Origin: Alphaproteobacteria bacterium
GTDB lineage: Bacteria > Patescibacteriota > Minisyncoccia > Phycocordibacterales > JABAAK01
Reading direction: 5' to 3'
DNA: 58,020 nt
NCBI GenBank assembly: GCA_030054135.1
Contig: JASGCN010000003.1
Span: forward strand, 27,758-85,777
Numbering within the stretch: position 1 is the stretch's first letter; every line of letters starts with the position of its first letter. Below are positions 20,502 through 30,142 of the stretch, piece after piece. The notes below the pieces were generated by a model. That model had not been told where the DNA came from. It worked only from the letters and a program-made list of their open reading frames with translations, and ran no database searches. Position numbers and translations under genes: made by a program.

Positions 20502-21893
20502 TTATTTTTTTTCTTCAACTTTTTCGTTCTTTGTTGTTTCAATATTATTCGTGTTGCTTATAACGATTTTTATCTTTGATCTAGAACTTGGTACTGAAGA
20601 AAGCCAAGGTGGGAAAATTGAGATTTTTTTAACTGAAACAACTTGTGTATGGCGTTCTTTCACTAATTTTTCAATTTCTTCTCTATTTTTACCAGAAATA
20701 TCACTTACAAATAACAATGTATCAACGCTCCAAAGTAATGTGGCCGACCCAGAAACCCCAATAGAGAGTTTTTCCGCAGTTTCAATGTCTTGACCAGGTT
20801 TTGCAACAATACTTAGTTTTTGATTCAAGAATGATCGTGCTTGTACATCAGATCCAGTAACATATTCTTCACTAAGCGCCGAAGCCACATCCGCGATTGA
20901 AAAACTGATCCCTCGTATAGTTCCCTTTTCTTTTATATTTATTTTTCTTTCTCCTTGCTCATCAGGGAGGGAAACAAAAGTGATAGCTCCCCCATTGTCA
21001 ACACTCATGCGATCATTTTGTTGTGAATTTAAAGAATTTTTAACAATTTTATCTTGTAAGGCAATTTTGATTTCTTCGCGAAGAGATTTTCTTGCTTCAC
21101 TGTCTTGCGCTTTTGTCACAATATATTTTTTACCAACAAAACCACCAGTCAGTGGAGTTTTTGAAATTCCATATACATATTCAGCTTGTTCTGAACCAGC
21201 GAGTCCTGGAAGTGTGTACTTATCCCCTGTGGTTGTTGTATTAAAATTTTGTCCAGGTTCATCAGCAACTACTTCAATATCTTTTGCCCCTGGTGTTAAT
21301 TGTCCGGTACCAGTGGCAGCAGGTATGCTAAAAGCTTTTGTTGCTCGATATAAACGACCATCAGAAGATTTAAATCTTGTTCTTGCAACGAGATCAACTT
21401 TTTGTTTTTTAGGATTTGCATTATATACAGTAAAAATTCCTGTTGATTTTGAAATAGTTGGTTCCTCATGTGTTGCTTCTATAACTGTTTCTTTTGTTTC
21501 TTCAAATGGGCCAGTTATGCGAAAAGAAAGGTCTCCAGTTTTGTCTGGCTCTCTTGTTGCTGAAAATGTTTTACTGATATTTGAAAGTTCTGAAGTTCTA
21601 AGTTCTAATTCAACTGTTGCTTTAGAAAATGTGGTTGAGAGTAATACAACAACAATAAGAATGATTATAAGTGCAAAAAATATATATTTTTTAAAAGAAA
21701 AACCACTTTTGATAGACATGGAATCACGAGACATCATTCTTTCATTCTGCATCGCAGAAAAAGTATCACCTCCCTCTTCATATTCATTTTGCATATTCAG
21801 TTTTTGAGCTCGCATTGGTTGGGGGGTTACTGGACGCATACCACGAAGACTTGATCTCTCTATTCGTTGTATTTGTTTGTCTTCTTCTTGCAT
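20502..21893 (-). CDS. Single-TM exported beta-rich protein resembling the CPR 'baseplate J-like' family
   Basis: TM near residues 70-90; G.FTVYN, TRF...DGRLYR, V.ADEPG..FN, LTGGF motifs; family recalled, not searched. Confidence 0.55.
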   Translation of the reverse strand: MQEEDKQIQRIERSSLRGMRPVTPQPMRAQKLNMQNEYEEGGDTFSAMQNERMMSRDSMSIKSGFSFKKYIFFALIIILIVVVLLSTTFSKATVELELRTSELSNISKTFSATREPDKTGDLSFRITGPFEETKETVIEATHEEPTISKSTGIFTVYNANPKKQKVDLVARTRFKSSDGRLYRATKAFSIPAATGTGQLTPGAKDIEVVADEPGQNFNTTTTGDKYTLPGLAGSEQAEYVYGISKTPLTGGFVGKKYIVTKAQDSEARKSLREEIKIALQDKIVKNSLNSQQNDRMSVDNGGAITFVSLPDEQGERKINIKEKGTIRGISFSIADVASALSEEYVTGSDVQARSFLNQKLSIVAKPGQDIETAEKLSIGVSGSATLLWSVDTLLFVSDISGKNREEIEKLVKERHTQVVSVKKISIFPPWLSSVPSSRSKIKIVISNTNNIETTKNEKVEEKK

Positions 21894-21951
21894 ATCTACA
21901 TAATAACACACTATAAAGATAAATAAAGCGTTGACAGTTTTATTTTTTGTA

Positions 21952-23844
21952 TTATTGTAAAACCGCCTTTACCCTGCGTATTCCTTGTGAAGATGCTTCT
22001 TGTTTGGTAATAACAAATGTTGGTATTGCCCCATTCTTAGTTTTAACTTCATTGCAATTGTTAATATGTGGCCCACCACATAATTCTCTTGAATATACTG
22101 TACCGTCATTGCCAACCAATTCATACACAGTAACCTCGTCAGGATATTTTTCCCAAAAACTTCCTTCGACAGAAAGATCTAATGCTTTTTGTTTACTCAT
22201 GGTAAGGATATGAGTTTGAAATCCTTTTTGCAAAGCATTGTTTACATAATTCTCAACTGCGCGCACTTGTTCATCTGTAAGTTTTTCTTTAAAGGTAAAG
22301 TCGAAACGAATACGCTCATGAGTGATGTTGCAGCCAGCTTGGTGAATCTCTTCACTTACTTCAGAACGGAGGCCAGCGAGAAGTAAATGTGTTACCGTGT
22401 GAAGTGCAGTTGTTTCAGCGCTAGTGTCTGCGAGACCCCCCTTAAACATTCCTTGTGAAGCAGTTCGGGAAGAAAGACTGTGTTGTTCTTTCATATTTAA
22501 AATTATTTTTTTATCGAGCGCAACTCCGTCTAGTTCAGCAAGTTCAAAAATAACTTCTAACGGAAACCCATATGTTTGATATAAGTCAAAAGCATTTTCA
22601 TTGGTCATACCTCCCACTTGATATTGTTTATATTTTTTTAACCCTTCAGAAAGAGTTCGTGTAAAATTTTTTTCTTCATCGGCAATGACGCGTACTATAT
22701 GTTCTTTTTGTTTTTTTAGTGTGTCGTACGAATCAGCATATTGCTGTATAAAAATATCTGCAATTTTTACCAAACATTCACCTTCAGTCTGCATTGCGTT
22801 TGCTGCTACCATACTTCTTCTTAGTAATCGTCGAACAAAATATTGCTGAGCGCTTTTTCCAGGTAATACACCATCCCCAATAAGAAAGACAGCTGCCCTG
22901 ACATGATCAAGAATGATTCGCATGTATGTAGTATGGGTTTTATAGGTAATGTGTGAGGGGACATTTTCAAGAATTATTTTTTTTGCTTCTGCAAAAGTAG
23001 AAGTAGAAAATATGTCAGCTGTATTCTCTACAGCACAAACCAATCGTTCCAACCCACCTCCAAAATCAACATTGCGTTGAGGTAATGCGGCAATACCGTC
23101 ATTTGTTTTTACATACTCCATAAATACACTATTTCCAATTTCCAAAAATCTTCCGCAGTCGCAATTCGGATGACATTTTTGATTTTTAAAATCAGAGCGT
23201 TCGTGTACTTGGTGTGCATTTACTGGATCAAAATCATAAAACATTTCAGTATCCGCTCCACCTGGCTCTCCTACTGGCATGTGTGCGGGTTCCCCTGATC
23301 TACTCCACCAATTTTTCTTATCCTCATAAAAAAAAATCTTAACCCCTTCTTTCATTCCATCTTGTTCTGGATTTTTTGAAGACAACGCTTGTAATTTTAC
23401 TTTTGAAAACAAATCACACCAACGTTTTTCAGATACAGTGTCAGTTGGTATATTAAAATTAGTGTTTCCACTGTAGCAGCTCACATATATTCGTGTAGGA
23501 TCTAACTTTATTTTATTTATTAAAAAATCCCACACGTGATCAATTTGTTCTTCTTTAAAATAATCTCCCAATGACCAATTTCCCAACATTTCAAAAAAAG
23601 TAGTGTGCCGATTGTCCCCAACTTCTTCGATGTCCTGCGAACGAAATGATTTTTGTGAATTTGCAATTCTTTTGCCTAACGGGTGTTTTTCTCCCAATAA
23701 ATACGGAATCATTGATTGCATACCACTTCCTGTAAAAAGAGTTGTTGGATCGTTAAGTGGGACAAGAGATGAAGAAGGAACGATGTGGTGTCCATTTTTT
23801 TTCATCACATCAAAAAAAGCAGAGCGAATGGTGTCTATCGTCAT
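21952..23844 (-). CDS. alaS: Alanine--tRNA ligase (short form)
   Basis: DPTTLFT.SGMQ, HTTFFEMLGNWS, DFGGGLER, HTVTH, ELCGGPH; ends at GIRRVKA with no C-Ala domain. Confidence 0.96.
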   Translation of the reverse strand: MTIDTIRSAFFDVMKKNGHHIVPSSSLVPLNDPTTLFTGSGMQSMIPYLLGEKHPLGKRIANSQKSFRSQDIEEVGDNRHTTFFEMLGNWSLGDYFKEEQIDHVWDFLINKIKLDPTRIYVSCYSGNTNFNIPTDTVSEKRWCDLFSKVKLQALSSKNPEQDGMKEGVKIFFYEDKKNWWSRSGEPAHMPVGEPGGADTEMFYDFDPVNAHQVHERSDFKNQKCHPNCDCGRFLEIGNSVFMEYVKTNDGIAALPQRNVDFGGGLERLVCAVENTADIFSTSTFAEAKKIILENVPSHITYKTHTTYMRIILDHVRAAVFLIGDGVLPGKSAQQYFVRRLLRRSMVAANAMQTEGECLVKIADIFIQQYADSYDTLKKQKEHIVRVIADEEKNFTRTLSEGLKKYKQYQVGGMTNENAFDLYQTYGFPLEVIFELAELDGVALDKKIILNMKEQHSLSSRTASQGMFKGGLADTSAETTALHTVTHLLLAGLRSEVSEEIHQAGCNITHERIRFDFTFKEKLTDEQVRAVENYVNNALQKGFQTHILTMSKQKALDLSVEGSFWEKYPDEVTVYELVGNDGTVYSRELCGGPHINNCNEVKTKNGAIPTFVITKQEASSQGIRRVKAVLQ

Positions 23845-23885
23845 ACTAGAATTATATACATAAACTCATTTCTTTGCTACAAAAA

Positions 23886-24689
23886 TTATTTTTTTGAAAG
23901 AAAATCTTTAAATGCTTTTCCAGAAGATTCTCTATATGTGCATAGTTCACACTGTTTTTTTACAGGAACTTTTTTTCTGAGTGAATAATCCCATACTTCG
24001 TCATCTTTTATTCCTATCGGAGGAACTTCATCAGAAAGAAGGAGTTTTTTTATTTTCATAAGGGTTTGGTCTATCCAGTCAGTCGAGCCATTATACGGAA
24101 TAATTGTTGTATTAAAATGAAGTGTATCGTGAAATGATTCTTGATTTTTATCAGCATTGGTATAAACAAAGTATGCAGTCTGAGAAACGGAAAACCCATT
24201 TTTTAAAAAAAGCCATTGGTATATTTCTGCTTGGCGTTTGTACCCATCTTGCCACAATGCATTTAATGTTGGCACCCCCTCTTTGCTTGTTGCTTTATAA
24301 TCAACAATGTAAATTGATTCTCCATTTGTCCACAGATCATCTACACCCCCATATACAATAAAATTAGTATTAGGATCTGTGTAACGAATTCCTTTAAATG
24401 GATCTCTCCATACATCTAAATCTTTATGTTGGTATGGAATAAGAGTCAAACCATGTGCGATAACCAATGGGTGTGCTTTTTTGACTGAACGATACATGTC
24501 AAATTCTTTTTTCAATAACGAATCTACCGCGTTATTAAGTGTAAATGGAAATGAAGAAGGAGTTTTTACTCCTAATCGGGCATCAAGAAAAAAACACCTT
24601 TGACACTGTTCAAATAATTCAATTTTAGATCTACTTAATTCAAAATCTTCTCCCTCTTGAAATATTCTTTTTTTTTTCGCAAATGCCAT
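23886..24689 (-). CDS. PD-(D/E)XK nuclease, RecB/AddB/Cas4-like
   Basis: LSRSKI...CQRC, GGVDD, IVDYK, QAEIY, C-terminal CELC. Confidence 0.85.
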   Translation of the reverse strand: MAFAKKKRIFQEGEDFELSRSKIELFEQCQRCFFLDARLGVKTPSSFPFTLNNAVDSLLKKEFDMYRSVKKAHPLVIAHGLTLIPYQHKDLDVWRDPFKGIRYTDPNTNFIVYGGVDDLWTNGESIYIVDYKATSKEGVPTLNALWQDGYKRQAEIYQWLFLKNGFSVSQTAYFVYTNADKNQESFHDTLHFNTTIIPYNGSTDWIDQTLMKIKKLLLSDEVPPIGIKDDEVWDYSLRKKVPVKKQCELCTYRESSGKAFKDFLSKK

Positions 24690-24695
24690 ATATTA

Positions 24696-25505
24696 TTATA
24701 CTGCACAAAGTGTTTTGGCTTCAGAAATAAGTACATCCATATTTTTAATACCCTGCATACGCAAAAAATCCTCTTTTTCTATAAATTGGCTACAGGTCGT
24801 TATATGCTCATTAAAACATATTGACGCTTCTGATTTTTTCAAAGAAGGTAAACATGTCACAGGGTGAGCACCTACTGATTCAATGAGAGTTCGCAAATTA
24901 TTTTCAGCTGGGTACCCCCACCCTACCATTTCAAGTCCTGCACATTGTGCATATTGAATAGCTTGTGTTGTAAATTTTGTATTAGTAATCAACATGCCAC
25001 GAGTCACACCGTTATGGGATGTGAGTAAATCATCCATACGAGATTTTACATACAATGCAATTTTAACATCAGTTCTTCCTGCAATGTCGTTGTGAAATTT
25101 TAATTCCATCGCAATTGTTTCATCCTCTTTTTTTGCTAACACATCCACTTCATGCGCAACGCAGTGTCCCAACAAATGAACCCCCACACTTACTTCGTAG
25201 TTTTTTAATCTAAAAAGTTCTCCAACATATTCTTCAAAGGGAAACCCCGATGGGCCCATATTAAAAAGCGCTCGTTTTAATGAATATCGCATCGCCACCC
25301 GTTTATCATACTCTTCTAACAAATTGAATGCTTTTTTGTATATATGGTCTGTAGTTTCGCCATTATTAATGTGTGATAATACTTCACTCACTACAATTCG
25401 TGCTGTACTAACATCCCCCCCAGCGCGTATCAATGATCGTTCTAAAATGGAAGGTTCAAAAATTGCTTTTGTCCCATCTCGCCTAACAACTGTAGGAATA
25501 TCCAT
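24696..25505 (-). CDS. ATP-cone domain fused to Mrr-like restriction endonuclease domain
   Basis: N-terminal VVRRDG...FE...L.RSL ATP cone; FEEYV...EVDV...ELK nuclease motif. Confidence 0.85.
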   Translation of the reverse strand: MDIPTVVRRDGTKAIFEPSILERSLIRAGGDVSTARIVVSEVLSHINNGETTDHIYKKAFNLLEEYDKRVAMRYSLKRALFNMGPSGFPFEEYVGELFRLKNYEVSVGVHLLGHCVAHEVDVLAKKEDETIAMELKFHNDIAGRTDVKIALYVKSRMDDLLTSHNGVTRGMLITNTKFTTQAIQYAQCAGLEMVGWGYPAENNLRTLIESVGAHPVTCLPSLKKSEASICFNEHITTCSQFIEKEDFLRMQGIKNMDVLISEAKTLCAV

Positions 25506-25512
25506 ACCAATA

Positions 25513-26601
25513 CTATACACCCTTTGAAAAATGAATATTTTTTTTCACCACTCCTCCCCCAACACATGTACCATCTTTGGTATACCACACTACCGATTGC
25601 CCCTCTGCAATAATAATTTTTTCTTTGGTAATTATTCTATCTTCTTTAAATATAATTTTTATTTTTTCCTCTCCATGACGAAAACGAGCGAGATACTCCC
25701 CGTTTGTTTTTAATACATGAGGAGCGAGTATGCAGATATCCTTAATAAATATTTCTGTTGCTTCATTTGTGTTTGTTATTGTATCCCCCACCCATAGTGT
25801 ATTGGTTACTATATCTTTTTTTAACACAAACCAATGTTTCCCGTTATTTTTATTAATAACAAAACCATGCCGTTGCCCTAGTGTGTATATTTGTACACCA
25901 TTATGTTCTCCAACAACATCATTAGTGTCTATGTGCCTCACTTCACCCTTTAATAAAGGTATATAGTGTTTTAGAAAATTTTCAATAGAAACATCACCCA
26001 AAAAACAAACCCCTGTGCTGTCTTTTTTGCTGCCAGCGCTCAATCCGGCTTTTTTTGCAATAGAGCGGACAATATCTTTTTTGTATCCCCCAATTGGAAA
26101 CAAAACTTTAGATAATATAGATTGTGGTACTTTGTATAAAAAATAAGTTTGATCTTTTTTTATATCCACCGCTTCCTGCAAAAATCCTTCTTTACTAATT
26201 CGTGCGTAATGACCTGTTGCTATATGGCTCATATCAGGAAATTTTTGCAGAAGCATTTCTAACGCAAACCCAAATTTTATTTTTGAATTACACAAAATGT
26301 CTGGGTTGGGAGTTTCTCCTTTTTGATACATTGCAATGCAACTATCAATAACCATACGCGTATATGCTTCCGTTGCATCTATTTCAATAAATGGTACACC
26401 TAGTTGCGCACACGCACGCATTGCGTCAATTCTTTCTTCTGATGTTGTGCACGGTAAAAATGACGGTGCCCATACTGAAAAGAAACAGCCGACCACATCA
26501 TACCCTTTTTGTAATAATAGCCACGCAGAGACGGTAGAATCCACTCCTCCGCTCATCGCGACAATTACTTTTTTAGTTTTTGCGAGTACGATTGTCGACA
26601 T
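25513..26601 (-). CDS. mnmA: tRNA 2-thiouridylase MnmA
   Basis: AMSGGVDS, TPNPDILCN, ATGHYA, KDQTYFL, DSTGVCF. Confidence 0.97.
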   Translation of the reverse strand: MSTIVLAKTKKVIVAMSGGVDSTVSAWLLLQKGYDVVGCFFSVWAPSFLPCTTSEERIDAMRACAQLGVPFIEIDATEAYTRMVIDSCIAMYQKGETPNPDILCNSKIKFGFALEMLLQKFPDMSHIATGHYARISKEGFLQEAVDIKKDQTYFLYKVPQSILSKVLFPIGGYKKDIVRSIAKKAGLSAGSKKDSTGVCFLGDVSIENFLKHYIPLLKGEVRHIDTNDVVGEHNGVQIYTLGQRHGFVINKNNGKHWFVLKKDIVTNTLWVGDTITNTNEATEIFIKDICILAPHVLKTNGEYLARFRHGEEKIKIIFKEDRIITKEKIIIAEGQSVVWYTKDGTCVGGGVVKKNIHFSKGV

Positions 26602-27541
26602 ATTGTGATCTCTTTATAGCATGTTCTTGCAGTGTTTTGCTAAAATATGTATGTTTTCCGTCTCCAACAAAATATACATATTCACTTTCAATTGGGCGAA
26701 GAGAAGCTAGTATTGAATCTACATTTGGATTCCCACATGGTGCGGGAGGTAGACCTTTATTTTTATATGTGTTATACGGATCATCACTAGAAAGATCTTT
26801 TTGTGAAAGTGAATACGTGTGTTTCCCTTCAAAGCAAACATCAACCTGCAAAGGAATTCCTTGTTTTAATCGATTGTATATAACTCCTGCTATTTTTCTT
26901 TTATCAACAAATGAAGCTCCTTCTCTGTCTACAATTGAAGCAATGGTTACAATTTCATCTAATGTATATCTATTTAAATATGTCGGTTTGTTGAGTAAAT
27001 TTTTTGTTCGAATACTAAACGTTTCCCGCATAAGTGAAATTAATATATCTGGTTTTATCATTTCATCTTCATTAAAAAAATATGTGTCAGGGTATAGATA
27101 CCCTTGATATTTTCTAGCAAGTGTTAAAAACGCATTAGCATCGAAATTTGGATATTTTTCTTTAACAATTTTTGCAATTTCTGTATTAGTTGATCCGTCT
27201 TTAATAGTAATGCGTAATACTTTTGCATGACGATCTCCACTCGCAATGTCTTTGGCCATCATAAATACACTTTGTCGTTCTGGAAAATGGTATGACCCCG
27301 CCATTACTTTTCCACCCCATATTTTAATACTTATTTCAAAAAGAATAGGTGATTCTATAAAACGATCTTTTGCAAGGCGGTTAGAAATAGCTCGCACGGT
27401 TTCCCCGTTTGAAATTACAAAAACATTTTGTCTGGTTTGATACATCCTTGGGGGAAGGAAAAAAACTGACAATAAAAACACGAATGCCATTACTGTGCAT
27501 AAATAATATTTCCACGCATGTGTTCCTAAGAAAACAAACAT
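26573..27541 (-). CDS. mltG: Endolytic transglycosylase MltG (YceG family)
   Basis: GYLYPDTY, IASIVDRE, V.YNRL, PYNTY..GLPP. Confidence 0.92.
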   Translation of the reverse strand: MFVFLGTHAWKYYLCTVMAFVFLLSVFFLPPRMYQTRQNVFVISNGETVRAISNRLAKDRFIESPILFEISIKIWGGKVMAGSYHFPERQSVFMMAKDIASGDRHAKVLRITIKDGSTNTEIAKIVKEKYPNFDANAFLTLARKYQGYLYPDTYFFNEDEMIKPDILISLMRETFSIRTKNLLNKPTYLNRYTLDEIVTIASIVDREGASFVDKRKIAGVIYNRLKQGIPLQVDVCFEGKHTYSLSQKDLSSDDPYNTYKNKGLPPAPCGNPNVDSILASLRPIESEYVYFVGDGKHTYFSKTLQEHAIKRSQYVDNRTRKN

Positions 27542-27544
27542 AAT

Positions 27545-29065
27545 TTAGTGAGGTAAATTGAGTGGAGGCTCTGCTGTTTTTGCTTCAACACTGGGCGCAT
27601 TTGCTGGGGTTGTGACTGCGTTGGCAAAATGAAACAAAGTTGCCAACATTTCAGAAGACATGCGAATCATCACTCGCGGTAGTTCTGGTTTGTTGTTATA
27701 ATTTATAGCTGTACTGGCAAGAAAATCGTATATATATTTTTCAAACCCACCAACTGGCTCTTTGACCCATCCGGCAATTTCAGATTGATGGCGGAGAAGT
27801 GATGGATACAAAAAATACATTCTATCTCGTCCAATATTTAAGAGTATTTCTTTTTCTTTTTCAATCGCCTCTGCATCGTCTCCTTTGTTGAAAGGATATG
27901 TTTCTAGCAATCTTCCATCTGGAATAATGGAATTAAAGGGAGAGACGACTCCTTTAAAGAAACTTTTTTTAGCAAATGACCCAACATACACATCTCTAAA
28001 TTCCTCTTTTGGCGCCATATACATAAAACGAATACCAACATGAAAAATTGGCTGTTTTTCTAATCTTTTTTGATGATCCAAAAATTGTCCTATATCTTTA
28101 CCGGTGCCTCCTTTTTCTTTATTTTTTTCAGCATCTTTCGTTTCAGAAGTTAAAGCTCGTTTAAATGCATCTTTATACTTTTCTTTTTTCCACGCAAATG
28201 ATGAAAAAATATTTTTTTTATACTTATACATACTTTCTTTTACAGCGTATCCAAAAACTAGCTTTGTTGAGTCACTTTTTGGAAAAATAAATCTTGGATT
28301 ACCTTCTTTAACAAAAACAAAATGTATCCACGCATGTTCTCCACCTCGAAGGGAATTAAAAAATTCAAACAATGACGCCACTGGATCCGTAGTGCTCCTA
28401 TCTTTTATATTATCTAATTTTGCGTCAATATATGTGTGCAGCGGGTAGGCATCATTGTTGTCTGTCCTGTATTCACAACTAAACATTCTCCACATTTCTT
28501 TGTCATACGCAGAGCTGTACACATAATCATTTACCTCTTCTGTGACAGTTGCATCTGGAAAATAAGCGTACAAAGATGTAAGAATATTTTGTTTTACTGA
28601 TTCATCTATTCGTATGAACATACGAATGACCCCCCCTTTTGATTCCATTTCTAAAGAAGCCATATCCGGAAGCATAAATCTACCATTCTCTCCGTTTTCA
28701 AATGTTTCTAAAAAAAGTTGCATCGCACGAAATGGGTTTTTATGTTGCTTGGAAATTTTAATTTCTAAAAGAACATATTTTTTGTCCAGATATTCCTTTA
28801 GCGCAATGTGATGAGCGGACAAAATTTTATAATAACGGTTATACCAAAAATAAAGAGCGATAACACCCCCTACTATAAGAGCGTTTCGAATTCCTAATAT
28901 TGTAATAAGTTTAGGTGGTGACGCTTGAAAAAAATCAGTGGTATAGTAAAAAGTAATGCTGACATAAAAAAAAGATAAAAATACTGCCACACATAATAAC
29001 ACTACCCCTAAGTACCAAAATGGTCTATAAAATTCTTTATCATTAAAAATAGAGTACACAAACAT
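27545..29065 (-). CDS. Conserved membrane-anchored hypothetical protein
   Basis: 506-aa ORF, two N-terminal TMs; LLEIKI, SLEM, YPLHTY, ATLFHF motifs reminiscent of CPR-specific proteins. Confidence 0.7.
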   Translation of the reverse strand: MFVYSIFNDKEFYRPFWYLGVVLLCVAVFLSFFYVSITFYYTTDFFQASPPKLITILGIRNALIVGGVIALYFWYNRYYKILSAHHIALKEYLDKKYVLLEIKISKQHKNPFRAMQLFLETFENGENGRFMLPDMASLEMESKGGVIRMFIRIDESVKQNILTSLYAYFPDATVTEEVNDYVYSSAYDKEMWRMFSCEYRTDNNDAYPLHTYIDAKLDNIKDRSTTDPVASLFEFFNSLRGGEHAWIHFVFVKEGNPRFIFPKSDSTKLVFGYAVKESMYKYKKNIFSSFAWKKEKYKDAFKRALTSETKDAEKNKEKGGTGKDIGQFLDHQKRLEKQPIFHVGIRFMYMAPKEEFRDVYVGSFAKKSFFKGVVSPFNSIIPDGRLLETYPFNKGDDAEAIEKEKEILLNIGRDRMYFLYPSLLRHQSEIAGWVKEPVGGFEKYIYDFLASTAINYNNKPELPRVMIRMSSEMLATLFHFANAVTTPANAPSVEAKTAEPPLNLPH

Positions 29066-29089
29066 ATTACTATAATAACATAGAATATA

Positions 29090-30106
29090 TTACCCTCGTA
29101 ACGCGTATTTTCCATTAAGGAAGTGAAAAGTTTTATCTCGAATTAATATTTGTTTTATTGTTCCTTCTTTTAAATCCCGCTCTTTGCTAATTTCTTTTAT
29201 AATTTGTTTTCTAGTGAGCAATCCTTTCTCCTTAAGAATAAGAGTTAAGATTTCTTTTGTAGTGCCGGGGCGGTACCCATCAGAACTTAATGCATATTTA
29301 CCTCTCCCCACAAGCACAAATGTTTTATTTCGAATCAATTCATTTAAACATGTTTGAATTTTTATTTTTTTATTAGAATATTTTTGAACTTGTTTTGCAA
29401 GATCAGAATAATGCATTGGTGCTTTTGCGTGGCGTAAAATTACACGCATATAATCTCCCACATTTCCTAAGGTGATTTCATTGTGATCGGCATGCCCCCA
29501 TTCATTGAAATGTGATTTTTTTATTTTTTTAGAAAGTGAAAGTACTATATCTGAAGAAACAGCCACATTGTTTTTTTTAAAATTTTCTGTAATAAGTTTA
29601 TACATTTCATTTTGTGTTAATATTTTATCTTTTTGGGCATCTATCATAGTATGCAATTGCCCTATCATTTGAGAAAGATTTTTTGCGTGTGAATGCTGAG
29701 TGGTAAAAAAATTAAAATGATCTTCATTTTCTTTTACCTCGTGAAATTGTTTCCCAGCGTCCAGTAGTAAATGAATATATTTTTCATCTTTTTTTGTTTT
29801 TGTTTTTATGATACTACACACATGTCCATGTGTTGCAATTCCATTGCATGTGCTAAATGCTTGTTCTAATTTTTGAAATGAAGAACTCAACCCACTGAAA
29901 CATTTATCTTTAGAAAGTTTTTCAATGGCATTTTTTTGGATTTGGCGAACTCGTTCACGAGTAATACCCATCTTGTCTCCTATTTCTTGTAATTTATACG
30001 GTGAGGGATATTTAGCTAACCCATAACGCATTTCGAGTACTTTTTTATAATTTCCGGGGAGTAGCGCAAGAACTTTATCTACAGCCTTTGTATAGCTTAA
30101 TTGCAT
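29090..30106 (-). CDS. Sigma-70 region 4 domain fused to C-terminal winged-HTH (HARE/RpoE-delta-like) domains
   Basis: RYGL...[25 protein letters not shown]...NELIR..FVLVGRGKYAL. Confidence 0.8.
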   Translation of the reverse strand: MQLSYTKAVDKVLALLPGNYKKVLEMRYGLAKYPSPYKLQEIGDKMGITRERVRQIQKNAIEKLSKDKCFSGLSSSFQKLEQAFSTCNGIATHGHVCSIIKTKTKKDEKYIHLLLDAGKQFHEVKENEDHFNFFTTQHSHAKNLSQMIGQLHTMIDAQKDKILTQNEMYKLITENFKKNNVAVSSDIVLSLSKKIKKSHFNEWGHADHNEITLGNVGDYMRVILRHAKAPMHYSDLAKQVQKYSNKKIKIQTCLNELIRNKTFVLVGRGKYALSSDGYRPGTTKEILTLILKEKGLLTRKQIIKEISKERDLKEGTIKQILIRDKTFHFLNGKYALRG

Positions 30107-30142
30107 ATATGTACCATACCTATTTTTATATTTTTTGTAAAG

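Noticed and set aside
20980..21807. 275-aa plus-strand ORF
   Set aside because: Fully antisense to the 20502-21893 gene, with no motifs; a shadow ORF.
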